Shown: piece after piece, positions 21,460 through 34,400 of the stretch | How positions within the stretch are numbered: position 1 is the first letter of the stretch | Layout of the letters: each line of letters starts with the position of its first letter | NCBI GenBank assembly: GCA_002269645.1 | Contig: NIVC01004449.1 | Location: forward strand, 1-45,590 | Direction of reading: 5' to 3' | DNA: 45,590 bases | Origin: Macrostomum lignano | Lineage: Eukaryota | Program-made: the position numbers and the translations under genes | The notes under the pieces: generated by a model | What the model was told of the DNA's origin: nothing | The model's database searches: none | What the model saw: only the letters and a program-made list of their open reading frames with translations

Positions 21460-22740
21460 CAAGCAACCCCCCAGATAGCAAGCACCCCCAGATAGCAAGC
21501 ATCTCCAGATAGCAAGCACCCCCAGATAGCAGGCACCCCAGATAGCAAGCATCCACCTAATAGCAAGCACCCCAAGATAGCAAGCATCCCCAGATAGCAA
21601 GCACCCCCAGATAGCAAGCACCCCCAGATAGCAAGCACTCCAAGATAGCACGCACCCCAGATAGCAAGCATCCACCTAATAGCAAGCACCCTTAGAAAGC
21701 AAGCACCCCCAGATAGCAAGCATCCATCTAATAGCAAGCACCCTTAGATAGCAAGCATCACAAGATATCAAGCACCCCCAGATAGCAAGCATCTCCAGAT
21801 AGCAAGCATCCACCTAATAGCAAGCACCCCAAGATAGCAAGCATCCAGCTAATAGCAAGCACCCTTAGATAGCAAGCACCCTTAGATAGCAAGCACCCCC
21901 AGATAGTGAGCACCCCCAGATAGCACGCATCTCCAGATAGCAAGCACTCCAAGATAGTAGGCACCCCATTTATGTTTGACATGGTAGCTGTTTTGTGTTT
22001 GACATGGTGGCTCTTTAATGTTTGACCTGGTGGCACCTTAATGTCTGTAATGATGGCTCTTTAATGTTCGACATGGTGGCTCTTTTATGTTTTACATGGT
22101 GGCTTTTTAATGTTTGACCTGGTGGCACTTTAATGTCTATAATGATGGCTCTTTAATGTTCGACATGGTGGCTCTTTTATGTTCAACATGGTGGCTCTTT
22201 AATGTTTGACATGGTGGCTCTTTTATGTTTTACATGGTGGCTTTTTAATGTTTGACCTGGTGGCACTTTAATGTTTGCAATGATGGCTCTTTAATGTCTG
22301 ACATGGAGTCACTTATACGCTTGACATGGTGGCTCTTTAATGTTTGACATGGTGGCACTTTAATGTCTGAAATGGAGTCATATATACGCTTGACATGGTG
22401 ACTCGTTGATGTTTGACATAGTGGCTCTTTAATGTTCAACATGGGGGCTCTTTAATGTTTGACATGGTGGCTCTTTAATGTTCAACATAGTGGCTCTTTA
22501 CTGTTCGACATGGTGGCTCTTTAATGTTGGACATGGTGGCTCTTTAATGTTCGACATGGTGGCTCTTTAATGTTCGACATGGTGGCTCTTTAATGTTTGA
22601 CATGGTGGCTCTTTAATGTTTGACATGGTGGCTCTTCAATGTTTGACATGGTGGCTCTTTAATATTAGACATGGAGTCACATATATGTTTGACATGGTGG
22701 CCTTTAATGTTTGAAATGGTGCCACTTTTGTTTGAAATTG
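21460..22740 (-). repeat. 18-bp (21460-21968) and 23-bp (21968-22740) satellites in element D
   Basis: Reverse complements of the arrays in elements B and C. Confidence 0.93.
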
Positions 22741-22797
22741 TGCTTCTTTTATGTTTAGCATTTTGTTTTTAAGATGTTTTAATAAAAAAATTATTTT

Positions 22798-22868
22798 GCA
22801 CTACTAAGATTCGAACCCAGGTTGCTGAATTAGCAGTCCAGTCTGTTTGCATCTAGGCTATCTCTTGT
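22798..22868 (-). pseudogene. tRNA-Ser(GCT)-like module inside Helitron D
   Basis: Anticodon stem CTGGA/TTCAG pairs (one G-T) around loop CTGCTAA; T-arm CTGGG-TTCGAAT-CTTAG; downstream T run. Confidence 0.6.
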
Positions 22869-25800
22869 CGATTGGAGAACATGAATTGTGGCCCTTATAA
22901 TTCAATTCTTATAGCAAATCGGTTAGAGTAAAAAGTTATGACATAATCAATTTCTCAGTCAGCCAGTATCAGTCTCAATTTAAGTTAGCAATATGGTTAC
23001 GCAATTTAAATCAAGTCGTGTGTGCATTTCTTTGGCACTGTTTTCAACTTGCTGTGATGCAATCTTTATCAGAATTGAAATTCAGTCAGTCAGGTTTTTC
23101 TCTAGCATTCTTACAATGCATTTCAGGTCAAAAGAGCTGCTTGACCTTTGCAGAAAATCATGTTTTTCAAATATTTAATCCCTTTAATATTGATCAATTT
23201 CTTAGCCAAGAAGCATGCACCATCCCAGGAAAATTTCTGATCAAATGGTGCAAGTTTGAAGAGAATCGGTTGAGCCATTCTCGAAAAAATCAATTACACG
23301 CACGCACACACACATGCACGCACGAATACAGCGCAAAATTAGTATATAGAGATTAGATAAAGGTATAGCTATTTATAAAGATTGCTAAAATAGCAAGTAA
23401 AAGTTTAATAAAGCATATTTTTTGTAAAATAAAAAAATTAAGAATTGAAAGTGACTTCTTTATACCTAGATTTTTATTATCTTAGCATAACTTATCTCTT
23501 TTTGATAATTCAATTTTTTAGGGTTATCAGAATTGTTAATTGAAATTAGTCAAAGTTAAAAAAGCAAATAAATATATAATTGAAAAATAAAACTATATGC
23601 TGATTGAACTAAAGTCTACCATACTATAGATGCTATAGAAGGAAATAGGTTTTCTTTCCTTTTTCTTTAGTAATATACTATGGGCCAAGGCAATAATATT
23701 CCTTTATACTTTATACAATTTAAAGAATAGGAAATTATACTTAGCAACATTGAAAAGTTGCCATTCTATATGCTAGTGAGCAATTTTTCTTGGACTATTC
23801 TGAAATAAAAGATATGATAAAAGTGATCAGGATAGCTTAAATATATCTAGCCCTTGTATACTGCTCTTTCTACTAAATTCCTCAACTCAAGTCTGCTGAA
23901 GTGTCGCAAAGTTATGTCACTTGCAAAGATTGAGAGATTCTATTTGCTCTCTCAAAAGTGGCGACCACAGATGGCAACTTTTCAATGTTATTGAGTATAG
24001 ATTTATAAATTTAAAAGGCAATAGAAGCTGGATGGTCTCTTTTAGTTAAAAAATATAATCATTTATAAGAATATAAATTTGCATATTTTTAATTTTTTAA
24101 ATTTCATTTTTGCCTTAAATAACAATTTAAAAACTAATAAATAGTGTGGATTAAGTGGTTCAACAATTAACTAATAAATTAACAAACTATTTTTGCTAAA
24201 GTAACTATATAACCCTTTTGGACTCATTTTTATATAGATCTAAGAGACAAATAGACCACAAACCATGGCAATCTTAGCTAAAGCCAAAAATTATTGTTAT
24301 ATAATTTATCTGTTTTAAAATTTTGATCTATTATATTTATAATTTTGTTATCTTAGCTCATCTTTTCAAATTTTTAGATCAACTTATAAGTCTTCAAATT
24401 AAAAGTTAAAATAATATTTCTAGTTTAAATAAAATTGCAATCATAATAGTTTTTAATTCTAATATATAATTTATATTTTTAATGGTTTTTAAGAAATCAA
24501 TTAATGCACAATAGCCTTAATAGCTAGATATACAAACAACAATAGCTTAGGCCTAGCTACAACTAATGTACTATTAGACTAGTTGGTAAATAACAATAAA
24601 ATTCAACCAACCTTACAAATTGTGAGCCCCTATACAAAGAGTCAATAAAAAATGTTTTTCAAATATTTGACCTATTTCCCATTTAATTTTTTATCAAAAA
24701 AAGTTATGAATAATTTTTAAAAAATTAAGAATTTAAAGTTAATTCAAAAATGGCCATAGGCCTACAATTCTTGAAAAAATCAATAATAGACATAGGCCTA
24801 TATATAGACAGCAGACAAATAGCACAAAATTAGTATATAGATATACAGACAACTCATTTTTAGTATATAGGATTTCAATATGACATTTTTTTATTTTTTA
24901 TTAGGCCTGGTTATTTGAGGTAGGCCTACTTGCATTATGTATTCCTAGTTTTTTTTCTAATGCATTTCATTTGTGATTTCTATAAAGGTATCCAAGGTAT
25001 CTTTAGTCAATACTTTCAATTCAATAAATGTTCTTTGACAAGTGACAAAAGATATTAATTATTAAGGTTATAAATCAAACATATTATATAGTATAGGCTA
25101 TTAGCCTACTATTTGAAAATTATAGTTATTTAGTCTAAGACTAAGGAGTAAGGCATTGGGGGTTTTCTATATATTTTCTATATTCTTAGCTAAACTCAGT
25201 CCTTTTTATAGCTAGGTGAAATAAAACAATAAAAGAGTTAAAATGTTATTCAAAGATAAGGGCCTACTCTACAACTTGTTATAAATGGGTTAAGAATCAA
25301 ATCCCAACTTTTCAATTGAGTCTGGCATTCTTACTAGGGCCAAGCCTACCATTTTAATTTTTAATAAATAATAAGTAAAATAAACAAGACAATAACTCAG
25401 TCAGTCATACCATAACAAAAGGCCCACTATGACTTAGAGTTAGACCTAAAAAACATCATTCCTGGTAGTGGTAATGATAGGCTTAATAGCCTAATGTAAT
25501 CTAACATGAATAGTTGCATCAATGTAACATTCAAATAAGCAAGTCTAAGCAGGAACAGGCTAGGCCTAGCTACAAGTGCAATGTACTAGTGCATCATACA
25601 GCATAGGTTGTGACCAAATATTTTTTATTTACTTTCGTCTTACTAGGCCTAACTCAATTATCTTGATAGACTTATTGTTATATTTGTAGATTTGTAATTA
25701 GGGACATTTTGTTTTGGGTTTTATTAAGCATATTGATTGGGATAATGTTGCTAACGCTCAACTTCGGAGCCCTATATTAGTAATGGTCAAATCACAAATG

Positions 25801-28407
25801 TCTAGTTAAAACCAGTTCAGTAGGAAAACTCCGTAGCCTTCGTTACTTCGCAACATCGGGATGTTCTCAAGGCCATGTTTATTTATAGATTTACCACCTG
25901 CACCTTCATTGACTTTAATGTATTTTTTCATTGAAAAATTATAAGATATTTTTATGTAATCTTACATAACTATAACTGGTCTTGTCTCCATTATTTAATA
26001 TTTATCGTATCCGCTTGTTATAAACGGTAAAATAGGCCAAAGTCACATGACCTAATGAGAATATTGAAACTTCGGGAATTACAAAAATTCTTAAAATAGC
26101 ACAATTAGATTAGATAACGCTGGCTTTTTCCTTTAGCTGGAAATACACTTAAATGAATTAATTGATTAAAAGCAATATTCAAAGCAATTAAATTTAAGTC
26201 GCCAAGTTCTATCTCGTATATAAGGACTAAGGCCCGGTACGGAAGACCCGAAAATGAATTAGCCGTTGAGCTAGCCGTGACTAAGCAAAATTTTTAATGT
26301 GAATTCACCCTGTATATGGTAATTATACATTCGTGGCTGTGGTGCCATTTTATGAGTCTATTTCTTTTCCTTCTACTGCGACGGTGGATTAATGCATGTA
26401 ATAATAATATAAAAATATACACTAGTATACATGTACATGTTGTATATATAGTAGGCAGATTTTCAGCTTGCACTCTAGCGCGTCACATTTTAACCAACTG
26501 TAAGCTTTATCGGGTCTCGGGACGGATGTATGCTGATTTCCTTAGCAATAAGGCTGTCATTTGATAGGGCTTTACATTTTAGGCTTCCAAGTTTTTTTAA
26601 CGGAAGAAAAGGCGAATGTAAACATTTTCACGGTTTTCAATATTTTTTATTGATTTATTAGTCAATAAAAAGCGAGTGTTAGACGATTGGTTGGTCGCTG
26701 TTAGATTAAAAAGAAGAAAGGAACAATTTTTAAATAGAAAATACTGCAGGTGCACTCGCAGAGCCCGTGTTGTGCTGGCTGAGGGCGAGAACTTTGCTAA
26801 CCGGACAGGGGCGGATAGAAAAATACAAATCAAGCAGCAATTCTAACGGGAAGAAGAAAAGGAGCAACACGCGGTGCTTCGAAAGAAAATCAGCATAACA
26901 AAAGCAGCTAGTTGATAGCTGATAAATATGAGTGGGATCTACAGGAAAGGTGGGACTAATTACGGCTAATGAATGGAGTTGGATCCCCAGTTGTCCCAAG
27001 ATGCGGCAAGTAAGACGCCGGCAAAACAGAAAATTTAGGGCTATAAGCAAAAAGCAGGGAGGCAGCGGGATCGGTAAGCACAAACAAGGACACCGCTAAA
27101 CCGGATTGGGCAGATTCAGTTCAAAAAAGATTGCAAGCAAAAATGAATAACAGAGGAAGAAAAATGGCGGGAGGCGGGCAGGTCAACCCGGTAAAAAAAC
27201 GAAAAACATTAATAAAACTCATCGCAATTAATTTGGAGCAGCAATAAAGCCAAACAAGGTGCAGGGTGGGGGGCTACTCAGCAACTCAGCAACTCGGGTC
27301 TCAATACTGCTCTATACAACAGGCAACAAGCCTAACTACTTAGCCAGCAGTAGTATAACCAGAACAAATAGCAGCAGTTTAGTGCTAATCTACTGACATC
27401 GCGCGCCGGCAGTAGTATGAGGCACATTTCATATTTTTGGTAAAATGCGAAACTTAAAAGAAGAATATTGATTGGTTCTTAATATTATTTTTGTTCACCT
27501 CATACTACTTGCAGTACGATTAAATGAAATACTTTAGTGTTAAGAGAATTCCGAGAACGAACAGTCAATAAAGGCCGACTTAACGATAAATTTCCAAGAA
27601 AGCAAAAGCCACGATGAAAACAATTTTCTGGTCCCTGTTGCAGGTTTGCTTCTTTAGTTAAATATAAAAAACAGAAATGATTTGATGAAAAATCGCAGTG
27701 TTGCAAGAGGTGCTTCGATGACTAGAGAGCCCGAGTGTCCCCGTTTAAATTTTGATCAAGACATCAACAGAAAATCCGCTCTCGGGAACTGCCAAGGGCC
27801 CAAATTGTTAAAATTCGAAATAATTTTGATTTGTGCAATAAAAACGAACAAAAAAGCAGACGAATACTACTCAGTAATAGCAGTAGTAGAGGTGCGATGC
27901 TGTGAGTAGAATTATCACGAGGATGTGAAATAAAATACACAGCAGGTTAAAACTGATACTGCAGCAGGACGTGAGCCCATCGTTGCGAGTTGGTCGAAAT
28001 TCGATTCCAGCTGAGCGGCCAGAAGGCGGGGGCCGGCGGAGTCAATGAAAAATCAATAAAAATACAAGCAGATAAAACAGTGCGGGAACAATGGGGCAAT
28101 CGGGCATTGGGACTGAGAGTAGTGAGAAAAAGGTTGCGGCCCCGCAGACAGTTCCGTGTATTCGAGGGCCGATTCGAAAAGGCTCGGCTCAGTAAAACAA
28201 AATGTTCCTCAAGTTTTTTAGCAAATAAAAGAAACTCGCACAGCAACCAACCGCTGGGATAGAAAAACTGAAAGAAAAATTAGCGGAAAATGAAACGAAT
28301 GACGAAGGGGGGGGGCAGAGGCGGAGGCGGACAGAAGTGGCGGAAAGGAGGGCAGCAGCGGCCCGAACTCAAAGTAAGCAGCAGCGCGGCGGTCCAGCTG
28401 GAGGCCC

Positions 28408-31400
28408 TCACAGGTCGGTCTCGCCGTACAGCGTGGCTGAGAAGGTCGTGTAGTCCAGCGCGCCCGGCGGAGCGTCCGGCCCGCCGTAGGGCGACATGCG
28501 CTGGATGCAGTACTCCGCCTGATCCGGCGGCAGCTCGCGGCGAAGCACCTCCGAGGTCACGTATGGCTAGTTGGGGGGATTGAGAGCAGGATCAGTCTTA
28601 AAGAATTCACTGCAGCTAGTTTTGGGTCAGCTGGGTCAGCTTCAAAACCGCTGGAGGTCATTTGGGGTCAAGCCAATTGAGGTCGGTATCGAATGAGCTG
28701 GGATCAGATCTGCTTAGGTCAGGGCTCAGGTATCAAGTCAGCTGGGGCAATGCAATGGGTCAGGTATGAGGTCAGCTGGGTCGTTTGTCAGGTCAGCTGG
28801 GTTATGCTCAAGTGTCAGGTCAAGTGTCAGCTGGGTCAAGTGTCAGATCAGCTGGGTCAAGTGTCAGGTAAGTTGGGTCAAGTGTCAGGGCAGCTAGGTC
28901 AAGTGTCAGGTCAGCTGGGTCAAGTGTCAGGTCAGCTGAGTCAAGCAAGTCAGGTCAGCTGGGTCAAGTGTCAGGTCAGCTCAAGTGTCAGGTGGGTCAA
29001 GTGTCAGGTCAGCTGAGTCAAGCGTCAGGTCAGCTGGGTCAAGTATCAGGTCAGCTGTGTCAAGTGTCAGGTCAGCTGGGTCAAGTGTCAGGTCAGCTAG
29101 GTCAAGTGGCAGGTCAGCTGGGTCAAGTGTCAGGTCAGCTGGGTCAAGTGTCAGGTCAGCTGAGTCAAGCGTCAGGTCAGCTGGGTCAAGTATCAGGTCA
29201 GCTGGGTCAAGTGTCAGGTCAGCTGGGTCAAGTGTCAGGTCAGCTGGGTCAAGTGTCAGGTCAGCTGAGTCAAGCGTCAGGTCAGCTGGGTCGGGGGGCA
29301 AGTCAGCTGAGGTGAAGAATGCTCACCAGGTCGCCAGCCAGGATGCGGAAGGACTGTATGATCTGGTCCGCAGTGTTCTGGTCCGTCTTCTCGCTGGTCA
29401 TGAAGTCCACGAAGGCGTCGAAGCCGACCTGGCCGGTGCGGTTGGGGTCCACCAGCGCCATGATGCGCGCGAAGTCCTGCTCGCCCTGCCGGTCGTTGCG
29501 GATGTTGTAGCCGAGGGACACCAGGCAGGCCTTGAACTCGATGGGGTCGAGGCGGCGGGTTTTGCTCTTGTCGAAGTGGTTGAAGCATTTGCGGAACTCC
29601 GTCATCTCATCGTTGGTGATGCCCTTGGAGTCCCTGCGACGGTGGGGAAACCGCTTGCGTTAAAGTTGTGCAAATTTATTTCAAGGCCTGATCTCGCTGC
29701 AAAGTCGGTCACCTTGATTTGAAAGTTTTCCCATCCCATCTCATCTCCTTATCTTATCTCATCTCACATCTAGGCTGTACTCGTCTGACTGGAGGAGGCT
29801 GCAACCAGCGAGGAGGCCATGCCCTTTTCGCCGATCCCTAAGCACGCAAACGCACGCACTCACACAGGATGTACAGCGACCCTGAATATCTTATTGCCAA
29901 GCTTGTACACTCTCTGTGCCTTGGGGGCTGGCCATCAAGGGCGGCATGTACACTGTCTGTGCCTTGGGGGCTGGCCATCAAGGGCGGCATGTACACTCTC
30001 TGTGCCTTGGGGGCTGGCCATCAAGGGCGGCATGTACACTCTCTGTGCCTTGGGGGCTGGCCATCAAGGGCGGCATGTACACTCTCTGTGCCTTGGGGGC
30101 TGGCCATCAAGGGCGGCATGTACACTGTCTGTGCCTTGGGGGCTGGCCATCAAGGGCGGCATGTACACTCTCTGTGCCTTGGGGGCTGGCCATCAAGGGC
30201 GAGAGTCGCACAACAAGCCCCAGGCAATGTTTTGAGCAAGGAGCCCCAACTCGATGAGGCCGCGCTAATCACCAGCCTCAACTATTCGCGACTGGTACCT
30301 GATATTTGTCTCTGGTAAAACCCCATTTGTGCTACGCTGGCTACAAAGGAAACAGCTGCAAGTGTAAAAAACTTGCACACTCTTGTCTTGTGGCAGATCT
30401 GTTAAACACTGAATCAAGCGCTTGACACTTTGAAAGGCTTTGAGAACTGAATAGGTGAAATTAGATTTTTATAGATAAATCTGACTGCCGCCTACTGAAG
30501 AGTAGTAAGAAAAGAATGTAAAGCGAATATCTTGAAGCGAATGAAAAAACAGTTGCTCTCTGACAGCAAACAGGACTTCGAGCGCGGGTCTACGGGTAGC
30601 TCGAGTAGCCATTCGAATCTCACTTCTGGACATCACACATGGACTCGCTCATACAGGAGCTCACAATGATCGTCTATAAGGAATCGTTGAGTATGCCGAC
30701 GACTTGACCCAGGTGCATGACTCACCTCGTGAGAATCTGATTGGCCACTTCGTTAAGCGCTTTGGCAATGGAGGTGTGCAGCTGCTCCCAGCCAACACGG
30801 ATGGTCTCCATGGTGTAGGGCGAGTGCGGGTTGTCGAAGATGAAGGCCTCCTGGATGCTCTGGTTCACCCGCTCCATCTCTTCGATGTTGCTCTGCGCAG
30901 GTGGCGGGGATGGGGGTTGCTGCATCAGCTCTGTTCTCTGGGATTCTGGGATAAATGAGTTGGGATCTGGGATTCTGGGAAAACTGAGTTGGGATCTGGG
31001 ATTCTGGGATAACTGAGTTTGGGATCTGGGATTCTAGGAAAACTGAGTTGGGATCTGGGATTCTGGGATAACTGAGTTTGGGATCTGGGATTCTAGGAAA
31101 ACTGAGTTGGGATCTGGGATTCTGGATAACTGAGTTTGGGATCTGGGATTCTGGGATAACTGAGTTGGGATCTGGGATTCTGGGATAACTGAGTTGGGAT
31201 CTGGGATTCTGGGATAACTGAGTTTGGGATCAGGGATTCTGGGAAAACTGAGTTGGGATCTGGGATTCTGGATAACTGAGTTTGGGATCTGGGATTCTGG
31301 GATAACTGAGTTGGGATCTGGGATTCTGGGAAAACTGAGTTGGGATCTGGGATTCTGGGATAACTGAGTTGGGATCTGGGATTCTGGGATAACTGAGTTG

Positions 31401-34400
31401 GGATCTGGGATTCTGGGATAACTGAGTTTGGGATCTGGGATTCTGGGATAACTGAGTTGGGATCTGGGATTCTGGGAAAACTGAGTTGGGATCTGAGATT
31501 CTGCGATTACTGAGTTGGGATCTGGGATTCTGGAACAACCAAGCAGCGCCCACTAAGGCTCTCCCACCTTGAATCCTTGCAGCTCGTCCTGGATGGCGTT
31601 CAGCCGGCGGTCCTGCTCCTCCAGGCTGAGCTGCCGGCCGCTGGAGCAGATGCTGGACACGCCGTCCAGCCGCTGCTCGATCCAGGGCCCGGCCACGTTG
31701 GCCAGGTCGGCGAACTGCCGACGCAGGCGCTCGTTCTGGTGCTGCCGGGCCACCTCCTGCTGCAGGCTCTGGTCGCGGGCGGGCACCCGAGCGGAGACTT
31801 CGTCCCACTTCATCGCCAGCTCCTGTGGGCGGCGTATGAGGGCATCGCTGAATTGCTGATAGCCTGGGTCCAGAGTGCTAGGTTGGGACTGGGATCGATT
31901 AGTTTTAGGACTGGGATTTATTAGTTTTGGGACTGGGATCGATTAGTTTTGGGACTTGGATCGATTAGTTTTGGGACTGGGATGGATTATTTTTGGGTCT
32001 TGGATCGATTAGTTTTGGGACTGGGATTTATTAGTTTTGGGACTGGGATCGATTAGTTTTGGAACTGGGATTTATTAGTTTTGGGACTGGGATCGATTAC
32101 GAGTAGTTTTGGGACTGGGACCAATTAGTTTTATAACTAAGGGAAAACAATGTTATAGATGAAAATAACAGCAATATCTGCACTGCGCCACTGGCAGTAG
32201 CATGATTGGGAGTAAAAGCTAAAACTTTCTTTGCTTACTTTTAAAGTTAAAACTGGAAAGGCTGTTACAATTTAAAACAAATGAGCAGGAGAGAACAAGA
32301 GCGCAGTAATTGGCGTTGCGCCACGATCCCTCCCCCCCACAGCTCTGCTCTCTCGCCCAGTCCAGCTGGCTCTCAGTCAGGGTTATCGAATTTCAAGCAG
32401 GCCAGTCTGCATTCGCGCCCCCAGACCCCCGCCCGCGGTCCGGCACGACAAGGCCTGGACGGGAGACACCCTCACGGGATGGGGCGGTGGGCGGCTCCGT
32501 CACGCCCGGTTTCAAGGTGAACCAAGGAGTCCTTGAAACTAGGAGTCTGGAGTGCCAACTCTGCTGTACTGCGAGGCTACAGCAGTCTTCTGTAAAAACT
32601 GAAGCCCTGCCGTCTGCCTTGTCCAGCCTCCTGGCTCAGGATCTCCCTGAACCCCCTCAACCGCCTCCATCCGCTGTACGCAGCCGAGCCGCAGAAATGC
32701 CGAGCTTTGGCCGCAAAGAAATCTTCAAACTGGCTGGGGGTCACTGCAGCGGCCAGAGGGAGGGGAGGCACCACACAGACAGGCTGTAGAGGCTGGGCGG
32801 CCCCATCCCCACCCCCTGGATTGATTTCCCGCGCCCTGCCTCCGCCGTTCGCACTGAAGCGGCTGGGGGGGGGGGGGGCTGGCCGAGCGGGCAATTCGCA
32901 AATGGCAAGGGGAAAAATGCGGCCAGGGGTGGCTGGGGATTCTGCATTGCAGCGGCAGCAAGGGGCTGCACCGTAACAGACACAGAACTGAACTGAACGC
33001 CCGCTTGCCAAATGGCAGAGTGGAGGGTGGGGGCGCAGACACAAAAGCCGCAGTTCGAGGCTCCGAAGGCTGCAAGCAAAAGTGCAGCGGCCGCATCCGG
33101 CATCCGCTCCCTGGATTGATTGCCGGGCGCAAAGGTGCAACAGGCGGAGGCTTGGAAGATGTCAGCAGGCGGGAGTCGGGGGGGGGGGGCGCAGGCTGGC
33201 CGTCCTCAACCACAGGCGTGTGCCGTTCCCAGCCTGTTAAAACTCGAATACAGAAATCCTGCAGCTTGCTAAGCTAAACAAGCAATCCAATTATCCGGTT
33301 TGTGAAAATTCGCATTACATGACTCATAGGAGCTCGCATGAATCACTTCTGCTTCCGTAATGTCGTGACTTGCATGACCCATTAAATATGCATGACCCAA
33401 TCTTTTTCGAATAGCATGACCCTTTGATCCTGAATGACCCAACTAGCATGACCCATTGATCCTGTATGACCCAACCTAGCATGACCCATTGATCCTGCAT
33501 GACCCAACCCAGCATGACCCATTGATCCTGCATGACCCATTGATCCTGCATGACCCAACCTAGCATGACCCATTGATCCTGCATGACCCAACCCAGCATG
33601 ACCCACCCGGCCCCGCGGCTCACCCTGGCAGTCAGTCCGGTGTACGGGTTGATCAGCGCGTCGCCGGAAAGGCCGTGGGCGGCGGCCAGCTCGCGCACCT
33701 CGGCGTCGATATGGGCGATGGCGCGGTGCTCGGCCTCGGCAGCCGGCAGGCTGGCCCGGAACTCCGAGTGGGCGGCCTGCAGCGAGTCCACCTCCTGCAC
33801 CGAGTACACGATGAAGAAGTCCATCAGGTCCTCGTTCGCTCCGTCCAGCCAGTTGTTGAACGGGGCCGCCCGCTTGGCGAACTGCAGGTGCAGCTGGTCC
33901 AGCGACTCCAGCACCTGCTCCGCCTCGCGCAGGGCCCGCGACCTGCGACAGCGGACCGGGCTCGACTTCAGGTCCTCCGCTGCCCTCCTGACCTCCGCTA
34001 CCCTCCTGACCTCCGCTACCCTCCTGACCTCCGCTACCCTCCTGAACTCCGCTGCCCTCTTGACCTCCGCTGCCCTCCTGACCTCCGCTACCCTCCTGAC
34101 CTCCGCTACCCTCCTGACCTCCGCTGCCCTCCTGACCTCCGCTGCCCCCCTGACCTCCGCTGCCCTCCTGACCTCCGCTGCCCCCCTGACCTCCGCTGCC
34201 CCCCTGACCTCCGCTGCCCTCCTGACCTCCGTTGCCCTCCTGACCTCCGTTGCCCTCCTGAATGAATCCAGCTGGCCTCACCTGGTGGTGCTGAGGACTC
34301 CCAGGCGGTCCCAGGCTCCGCAGATGGCCTGGCAGCGAGAGTTCACGGAGTCCAGGTCATGGTAGCCCAGGCTGTTCAGGTCCTCGGCAATCTTGCAGAT

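Larger units (their letters stand above)
21309..23352 (-). mobile_element. Non-autonomous Helitron-like element D (inverted copy; may extend to 24872)
   Basis: On the minus strand: TC(TC)TATATACTAATTTTG plus (GTGC/GT)n, the same conserved block, 23-bp and 18-bp satellites (linker deleted), a perfect hairpin GCCCCCC-ATC-GGGGGGC (21321-21337) and GAAGATTGCTAG|T at 21309. Confidence 0.82.

Noticed and set aside
23353-28400. Protein-coding genes in the AT-rich interval
   Set aside because: Only short, low-complexity ORFs with no GC3 signature; likely intergenic DNA and actinin 3' UTR.
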